Shown: in pieces, positions 24,801-33,322 of the stretch | Position numbering within the stretch: position 1 is the stretch's first letter | How the letters are laid out: each line of letters opens with the position of its first letter | Origin: Schizochytrium sp. TIO01 | Taxonomy: Eukaryota > Protista > Bigyra: Labyrinthulomycetes | Length of the DNA: 64,000 nt | Assembly: GCA_004764695.1 (NCBI GenBank) | Contig: SMSO01000031.1 | Coordinates: forward strand, 1,898,436-1,962,435 | Reading direction: 5' to 3' | Notes under the pieces: generated by a model | Database searches by the model: none | Told to the model about the DNA's origin: nothing | Seen by the model: only the letters and a program-made list of their open reading frames with translations | Translations under genes and position numbers: made by a program

Positions 24801-27800
24801 TTCTGTAGTAGTTGTTGCTGTTTCTGGAGTGAGGAGTCAAGATCTGCTTGGCCCATGGATACGCTACGCGTGTGTGAAGGCTCAATTTGCGAAGTGTGTT
24901 TGCGTCCTGGGGTGTTTTTCTGGCGTAAAAAGCTCAAAGCGTGGACTCCACTACCGTTGGACGAAGGGGGGCGGCGCAAATCAACTAAGGCGAGAGTGAT
25001 ATGGTTGCGGCGTCCCGCATTGCAATTTGCAGCAATATACTTATACTGTCGTAAAGGGACATCGCGATAGACAAGAAAATCATTGCGTGATTTGACTTTA
25101 AGAGCAAAAACACCAGGGCCTCCGACAGGGTCAATAAAGCAGCCCATTTTATCAGCCATTTGAAAAGCTTTATCCACAACATCCGCTACAGTATCGTCAG
25201 TGTGGCTCTTGATGGTTGTCTCACGCATTTGCATATCTACTCCAATCAGTTTAATATAAACATCAGTTTGCGCGCCCCACAAATCAGGACGTGAACTTGG
25301 GTGCATATATATAGGCCAACACTCGTAGATGAAATGACAATCGAGCATGCAGTCACCTACGCGAGAAAATACATTAATTGCATCCTCAAGTTCTTCGTCC
25401 TCGATTTCTCTTTCATTATTCGGTATATTTGCCAGCGAATCCACAGGGGCAGTAATCCATTCAATCTCATTCGCCTCATTCTGAAACGACAATGAGGAGG
25501 ACCGATTCGAGGAGGCGTACGATGCATCATTTAGTGAACCACTTGAAGCAAGTCGGCTCAGATCGCGACTGCCATCCATGTGTGTAAGACTGAGGTTCCG
25601 CGAAGACCTCTTAATTGTGTTACGCATTTCAGGCGACGCTTGGCGGAGACGGCGCGTGACCTTTTCTACTACATCGCGCTTGATCTGCGGACAGTCGGTG
25701 AGAAAATTACGGAAGCCTGCTCCATCCAGAATTAGACAGCGGCATGGACCCTCCATCACACGCACGGTGGCAGATCGTGGTTCACTCGCCAACACAGCAA
25801 TTTCTCCAAAGTACTCATTCTCCCCCATATACACATACTTCATCGGGCTTCCGCCGGCAGCGGTGGAAGAAGGTGGGAGCGCGGTCTGTGGTGTCGGGCT
25901 TGGCGATTTTGAGTTGGCGAATGCTCGGCGCCTTGCTTCGATGTCCATTCGTCTGGATTGTCCCATTTTCGTCCCGCCGCGCATTCCAGCGGCGGTAGCT
26001 GTAGCCATTGCCTCTGTGCCACCACCCGTAGGGACCTCTACACGAACACGGCCAGATTCAATCACGTAAAAGTCAGTTCCTGGATCGCCTGCTCGGACGA
26101 TGATTTCATCTGTGGCGAATGTTCGATATTTACACATTTGTGCGACTTTTTCCAGTTGGTCTTGCGGTACAGATTCGAAGAATGGAATCTTCCGAAGTGC
26201 ATTGGCAGACTTACGCCACACAAAATCAGCAAACATTGGTGCTGCTTCTTCGACGCATTCAATGAAGCTCCCAAGGTCTTTGCTATCGAGGATGATCATG
26301 ACGGTTTCTTCAGTTGCGACTGCAGTCTCTTCGCGAGGGTGACCCTTGAGGAAGGAGGATTCGCCAAAATATTCACCTTCACCAACAAAACGGTTTCCAC
26401 GACTAATGTGAACACGTCCATGCACAATGACAAAAAGCTGTCGCGTGGGATCAAATTCACGGTAGACAACCTCATCCGCATTATATTTACGAAAGTGGAA
26501 AAGGGCTCCAAGGAGCTTGAGACTTGCTACAGAGAGCCTTTGGAAAAGGTCGAGTCTGCCGAGGATCTCACTAGACCTATAGCTGGCCATGTGCTTGAGC
26601 TCGGCGGCAAAACCTGGTGCTTGAGCAACAAATTCATTGTAGGACTCCCGAGATAGTGAAAGTACTGTGCAAGGGCCGTGCGTTCGATAGGTAGCAGGGA
26701 CGGGCGAGCTTTGCTCGAGTGCGAGTGACTCGCCAAACCATTGACCGGCACGCACGGAACGAAGACGTGCTTCTCTGTGCGACATGTCAATGTGCCCCTT
26801 GAGGACAATGAATAGAGTAGGATCTTGCAGACTGCGCTCACTCTGAACGACCTCGCCATCACCAAGAACTTTGACTATGAATGGGCAGGATTCGCGAGCT
26901 AGATCTAACACAGAGATATCTTCGTTTGGCCGGCCAAAGCGAAGGATGATGAAGAACATGAGGTTTTCCAGGTGCAAGTCAAGGTGCTCCCGTTGTGCAT
27001 CAAATCTGGTATCTCCAGGGGCAAGCATTGCTGAGTTAGCACTGTTGGGCTTATTATCATATCTGTTAACGCTCAAAGTAGACGGTGGGGTCGTTGTTGT
27101 TGCTCCAGGGGAATTGCTGTTGTTGTTGTTACTAGTAATATTTTGTTGATGGTTTTGTGCCTGCTCGGGTGATGCTGCCGCCGCTTGTTCCACTTTGATC
27201 AATTTAACGTAGTTACGTGGCACAATACCTGCTTGCCCAGAGTCATTCCTCGCCATCCACCATTCGATGCCGTCCACTGCATCGACCCAAAGAAAGTCGC
27301 CCTTGTTAATGCTCAGTTCACCTCGCTCACGTCCGACAAAGTCGTATTGGCAGACAGCAACAGCTCCGTCCATCTGGACACTTGACCGTCGGCTCATGTG
27401 GGAGCGCAATTTTCGAATTGACCCATTCTGTTCACGTAGCAAATTTTCTCCAGAACCCATCTTAATCAGATCATCTTCTTCGTCATCGTCTTCTTCGCCC
27501 TCTTCATCATCCTCATCGTCTTCGTCGTCCACGAGGTGGTCGATACCGTCATCTTCATCCTCTGAGACTGTAACCGCCCTGGGGGCTATCAATCGCACAT
27601 GTTGCTCCTGATCTTCTTGATGTTCTTCTTGACCTGGCGGAGGCGGAACGTCAAGGTATTCGTCAACTTCGTCGCCCACAAGTTCATTGCCCGCGAGTTC
27701 ATCTCCTGAGTTATCCTCTATCCCAATCTCGTCCTGCTCTGCAACAAGTTGGACATAGTTGTAAGGAATCATGCCAGTCTCTCCATCCAGCTCAGCAAAC

Positions 27801-28513
27801 CACCATTGGACGTCATTCGAGGGTCGCACATAGAGCTCCTGGCCTTCATCAAAGGAAAGCTGTCGCGGGTTTTCGCTCCTAAACGGATACAACGCAACTG
27901 CCAGCTGCAGCTCGTCGCTTTCATCTGCATCATTAGCCTCATCTTCCTCGTTGTAGTCTTCGTCTCCATATTTCCGCCCAGACCCTGATTTGGAGCGCCA
28001 AGATTTTCTCATCGACGCCGACGATTCGGGGCTCATTTGATTTCTAGCTTGTTGATGCTGAATGTCATCTTGTATCGAGGCAGCACTGGGTCTTCGTAGA
28101 CGACTTTGTGAGCGTGCTGTTGCCCTACGATCTGCGTTGTGAGCGTCGGAGCTTCCTCGCGCCCGCACGCCATAGTAGGCCTCGATGTTGTTTGATATAT
28201 CTTCATCCTCCTCATCCGAGAGAACCTCAAGAGCTCCAGAACTGCGCGCTGTCTGCAAACTTGCGAGATCTCTGGGAGTCCATTCGAGTGGCTTGAGCTT
28301 GAGGTAATCCTTGGGTAGAAATCCAGACACTCCATTTAGATTTGCAGGCCACCAGTCCTTGTTATCACGAGGACTCACAAGTACCACGTCACCTGCCTTG
28401 ATAGAGAGGATATTACGGTCCTCGTTGCCGGTAAAATCGTACAATGCCACAGCCCAGCGATCGTCAACTGGTGGCGGAGCGTTCATTGCATCCGCCTGTG
28501 CTGACGGGTCCAA
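21818..28513 (-). CDS. Class I-like phosphoinositide 3-kinase with N-terminal 3xSH3 and 3x cyclic-nucleotide-binding domains, then RBD, C2, helical and catalytic domains
   Basis: Uninterrupted 2231-aa ORF. Catalytic motifs [65 protein letters not shown]. Helical domain motifs [28 protein letters not shown]. Three SH3 signatures (ALYDF..WW..G.lP.dY) and three cNMP signatures (FGE...). Confidence 0.96.
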   Translation of the reverse strand: [2231 protein letters not shown]

Positions 28514-29587
28514 GATGGCCTCGCCGGGCCAACGATACCTCTTTCACAATGGAATGTACCCACGCGGTGATGAGGTGTCGAGACTTCTCTTGTTGAGTCT
28601 GGAAAGGTTCTTGTGTCAAGATCCTTCACACAAGATTTTCAGACTCAAAGATTTCTGTTCGATCTCTTCTTCTCTATAATTGCAAACCCTTTCCACAGCA
28701 AAGCCGAAACAAAGTCTTCTTCTTGAGCGTCTTCGGTTGCTGCGTTAAATATAAATTGTATCAAAGTTCTATATTCTGCAATCGGTACGCACTCTCGAAG
28801 GAGACCTTGACAAGGGTTTCGATGCCAAGATTAAAAAAAAAAAGCGAACAAAAAGAGAATCCCAGTCCGTGAGTATCCAATCCTGTAGTCTCACTAGCCC
28901 AAATGTCCAAAATAACAAAAGCCACTTTCTAAAGTGATTCAGACTCGGCAATTCTTCTCTGAGGTTGTCTCACAATAGATCTTGTATTCCGGATTCGCGA
29001 GAATTTCCGCTTCTTGATTAGAAAATCACACAACGAGATCTTCTCGCAGTGCTCTCGTCTATACTTTACGTCTCAGCAGCACGCGGGGCGTTTAGAGGCC
29101 TCACTGCCTTCTCTTCACCTGAGTTAATCCCTCCTTGTCGTTTGAGCTCGAGCTCGAGCTCTTCTTCGTCAAGAGCGGCAGAATTGCAGCAGACTTGGCC
29201 AATTTTGCCAGTGAGCAGGATGCGCCGGTTGACCGGTTCTCGACGACACCGTGCGGTACTTGGGGATCCTGTGCCGGGCTTGTGGCGCTGGCCAGGACTG
29301 AGACTCGCGCCTCTCCCCCCCACCTCCGGTCGCAACTGCTTCTCCTACGCCACACAGAACAGGGTTTGTCCTCATAAGTGCAGCTTAAACTCGAGTTTCC
29401 AGAGCCAAATCTTGCTCGTGTTCTCGAGCGTATTGGCGCTTCTTGCTGCGCGGGGCGGCTGGAGGCGCCGACAGAGAACTGCCTACGCTCCGCAGCGTAC
29501 TGGTGTCTTCCCCGCGCTCTGTATCTTTACAGGCCTCCGCTTTGCCTTTACCCGCGCCAAACGTACCGAATTTGGCAAATTCGTCAA

Positions 29588-31630
29588 ATGAGCTCAGAGC
29601 TCTTTGACGCGGTCTTCTATGAGGACGTCGATGCGGTCTTCGCAAGCATATTCTCCGATGCAGATGTAAATGCTTCTAATGCTGCTGGAAATCGCCCACT
29701 TCATGCTGCCGCACACGCCGGCAACCTTCGCATCGCTGAGATTCTTCTTCGCGCAGGTGCTGATCCGTCTGCTCGTGGCCGCGCCGACAACACTCCTTTG
29801 CACTTCGCAGCACGAAATGCTCACGTGGAGGTTGCAGAGCTTCTTCTCAACGCCGGTGCTGACCCTTCACTACGCAATAGTCGCGGCTTTTCGCCTCGCG
29901 ATATCGTCTGCGCCATGGGATCGCCATCATCCTCGTCAACTTCATCTTTATCTTTGATGTATTCGGATGAAAAAGGCCTTTCGGAGCGGCACCAGCGTCT
30001 ACTGGAGGTGCTTGATGCCTCAATTTTGCGTCACAGCCGCGTGTTGGGAGCGCCTCGGATCGTGTTACCTCCTTCACGGTCTTCGTTTCCGGCAGTCTCT
30101 CCATCTTCTTCTTCAAACATAAAATCTACTTCAAATCCTCCTTTGAATCCACTTGAGGGGCCTCGCGGAGCTTCATTTGGCATCAGCTTACTGACAAACT
30201 CTGGTTCCTACGGCGAATCCTCTGAGCTTACTTCGGCAAGCTCTGTAGGACTAGCTCCCTATGGGGAAGGGGCTGATGGAGATATTAGTGCAGACCTTGA
30301 ACATTTACAGCTTCGACGTGGCGACGTTGGCGACTTTGAAGGCCCCAACTCCAACCACCATGAAAATTTCATTGCTAGGAGTGATGTCTCCTGGACTTCC
30401 ACACCTTCACGGTCATCCTCTCCAATGCAACCACTTATAGCTGATCATAATTCCACAAGACATGGCTTTCGCGGTGGAGCATTTGGCCACAATTCCGAAT
30501 TTGCAAAATTTTATGGGGGGGGATCTTCCTCAGAGACTTTTGACAATGGCGTTAGCGTCTCTTCGCAACAAAGAGACGAGTATGGGGGCGGTAGGGCTGT
30601 CCTCGATGCTGTCAAGCCTCTGATTGCGGACGTACGTAAGAAAATGAATGCATCCAGACCGAAGCTGGGTAGTGGAGGCAGCGCCAGGAGCCTTTTTCCA
30701 AGCGATGAAACACGCCAAAGAGCAGCTTCTACAAAATCTCGCAGTGGCTCAGACCTCTTGCAGAGAATACAGTCTCTAGATAGCACAAATGAGGATACCG
30801 AAACCACGATAATAGATAAGATTTCGGGTGTTGTATCTTCCAAGACCCAGAGGCGCAGACCTTCTCTCGAAAGCGAATTGGGCATAAGTCCTAGCAGCAA
30901 ATCTTCACCGAGCGGTAGCATTGATACATCACAACCTGGATACTGGCTCGAGGTAGATGGACGCCAAGTATTTGTAAAACTTGCAGAGGACTATGACGAG
31001 GATGACGACGAGGACAACCATGATAACATCGACTCTGATGTTGATGATAAAAACAGCATTAACGATGAACATGAAGATCATGAAGACGATAGCGACCTTG
31101 GTAGGGACCAGGGTTACTATGATCACTATAAGAACCAGCCCCGGTTGCATGAGAGGAGGGAAAATATGACCGCATTGCATAGGAAACCCGCTGACGATGA
31201 TGAGTTGGATGTTGATGTTGACAATGATGACGCGCTTGACCTTAACCTTGATGATGACTGCACGCAACCGGAATTCACAGCTCATATGACAACGTCCGGC
31301 GCTCATCATTCTTCTGGTAATGATGTTGAAGACGCAGGAGCGAGTTCTCAGCAGGAAGACGCAGGCCTCCAAGAATATAGCGTGCATCTGGTACCCTCGG
31401 AAGTGGGCTTGGGTATGCAACTCATGGAGAGTGGCCGATATACATGCGTTTCTGCGCTTCATCCCGCAGGCCCGGCCTACGCAGCTCATGTCCGCGAGGG
31501 CGATATGCTTATTCGCGTGAATGATTGTAGTACAGAGGGTCTTACCGTAGCTGCAGTGAAAAGCCTTCTTTCTCAAGAGGCCGCAATTCACCAAGATATT
31601 GAACTTTCTTTTGTGCGTACCTTAATCTGA
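29588..31630 (+). CDS. Ankyrin-repeat + C-terminal PDZ domain protein (scaffold-like)
   Basis: ANK motifs GNRPLHAAAHAGNLRIAEILLRAGAD and DNTPLHFAARNAHVEVAELLLNAGAD. Long Ser/Asp-rich linker. PDZ motif GLGMQL...GPAYAAHVREGDMLIRVND. First ATG at 29588 (the listed ORF starts at GTG 29378). Confidence 0.9.
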   Translation: MSSELFDAVFYEDVDAVFASIFSDADVNASNAAGNRPLHAAAHAGNLRIAEILLRAGADPSARGRADNTPLHFAARNAHVEVAELLLNAGADPSLRNSRGFSPRDIVCAMGSPSSSSTSSLSLMYSDEKGLSERHQRLLEVLDASILRHSRVLGAPRIVLPPSRSSFPAVSPSSSSNIKSTSNPPLNPLEGPRGASFGISLLTNSGSYGESSELTSASSVGLAPYGEGADGDISADLEHLQLRRGDVGDFEGPNSNHHENFIARSDVSWTSTPSRSSSPMQPLIADHNSTRHGFRGGAFGHNSEFAKFYGGGSSSETFDNGVSVSSQQRDEYGGGRAVLDAVKPLIADVRKKMNASRPKLGSGGSARSLFPSDETRQRAASTKSRSGSDLLQRIQSLDSTNEDTETTIIDKISGVVSSKTQRRRPSLESELGISPSSKSSPSGSIDTSQPGYWLEVDGRQVFVKLAEDYDEDDDEDNHDNIDSDVDDKNSINDEHEDHEDDSDLGRDQGYYDHYKNQPRLHERRENMTALHRKPADDDELDVDVDNDDALDLNLDDDCTQPEFTAHMTTSGAHHSSGNDVEDAGASSQQEDAGLQEYSVHLVPSEVGLGMQLMESGRYTCVSALHPAGPAYAAHVREGDMLIRVNDCSTEGLTVAAVKSLLSQEAAIHQDIELSFVRTLI

Positions 31631-33322
31631 TAGCAAGTCACAGAACATTTTTTTCTTTTTTTGCGGGGGGGGAGGGATATGGGTTTATTGAATAGGAATG
31701 GAGCTACTCAAATTATGGAGAGCGCAATTATGTGCAATCAAGTTGATGATAATTTTGAAAAATATTTCAATTCACAAGGCAGTGTCAAGTTAATTGCTCA
31801 ATCTATGCAATCATAAGTCTTTCAAAGCATTGTGTAAATGATTCCCCTGTTACTATCTTTTCCGTAAAATTAAGTAAACCTTGCTATTGTTTATATGTGT
31901 TCACAAATACCGTGTTCAATGAATTATGGCATGTTCTGTAGCATGGCATTGTAAGAGTCGACCTTGCATGGCAGCATTTATTGATTTGTTACGCTTGAAA
32001 CGACGAAAGTTGTACTTTCGTCAGTAAAGGTGCCCACCTTATTGGGTTCTTATCCGCTGCAGATTGGCTCAGGAGCTTGAGCCATTGAATTTTCTCGATT
32101 TAACCGCTTGACGTTGATGCTCAAGCACCGTGCTAGCAGAGTTCCTTAATTCTCCTGAAGAGAGGAACAGCAAGCGAATGCAGGAGCTGTGTGGCTTTGC
32201 AAGTCGATGCGTTGAATTCGGCCACATCACTGTCAAAGCTTCGCGACTGTTTCCAGTATTTTCATACACCCTGTACCCTGCGTGAATCGAGACAATTCGA
32301 CTCCGGTTTCCCTCTTCGCCTTGCAGGCACGCACCCACAGTGACCCAAGACTATGTGTACAGGTGTTTACTTCAGCTCGCGCATTTTGTAGCTTTCATAT
32401 CTCAAGAGCTCCTGAAGCTTCCAGCCCAGCATCCAAGTTCTTGGCGAGGTTTTGGACTTCTCATCACCCATTCATGAGTTAGTTAGTGCACACCCCCCTC
32501 CTTATAATGTATGCCACCATACTTTGCTAGTGTTTATTGTAGGTGCTTCAGTAGGGGTACTTCTTATAATTCCATGAGAATCATGAAGTACTACCAATAC
32601 TACATAGACTGCTAAATGAATTACATCCCAAAGAACAGAAAAGTTATCGGAAGCGAGCCACCATTTGGGCTCCGGTGACGATCATGAAGATGAGGTCTTG
32701 GCTGGACACTGAGCAGCAGAACTGTTACTGCACGCTGTAGAGTCTGAGCATTCTCTGAGGTTCTTGCTTGAAGTTGCGCTGGCGCTGAGATTGGCTGGTC
32801 TTGGTGAGGGAGGAAGGTGTGGGCTTGCCAGAATCGGGCGTACGACCTCACTTTTAGAACTAGGAGCGAGTGAACTAGCACCCAGCTTCGCACCTGCAAT
32901 ACATTCCCTGCGTGCTAAACTTGCTTTTCGTCACGTACGCTACAGCCAGGCAAACCCCAAATCGTGCTATTGGTGCTGGTGCAGGTGCCACCTCAAGCAC
33001 CACGAGAGGGGAGGGCGGCACGATAGGGGGGAAGCGAGCCAATTGAGTGCTGAGGTTGCCTTATTATACCTACCTCATAGCTGATTGTACAATCTTCAAT
33101 CTTGAAGCTCGAAAAATCTTCTGACCAAGAAGACCCTCAGCACTATCCCAGGCGCTAGCAGAGGTCAAGTCTCAAATTGTTGTCATTGTTGCCGTTTCTG
33201 CTGGTCATCTTCTTCAGCCTCTTTTGAAAAAGCAGAATAGACTCTTGTTGTCAACTACAGTAGGCTAGAACGAGTGTACACGCGAATTCTGGGGACCTAT
33301 ACAAGGCTGGCGTGCATAAGTA

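Noticed and set aside
29378-29587. GTG-initiated 70-aa N-terminal extension of the ANK-PDZ ORF
   Set aside because: Eukaryotic context favours the first ATG at 29588, which coincides with the start of the ankyrin region
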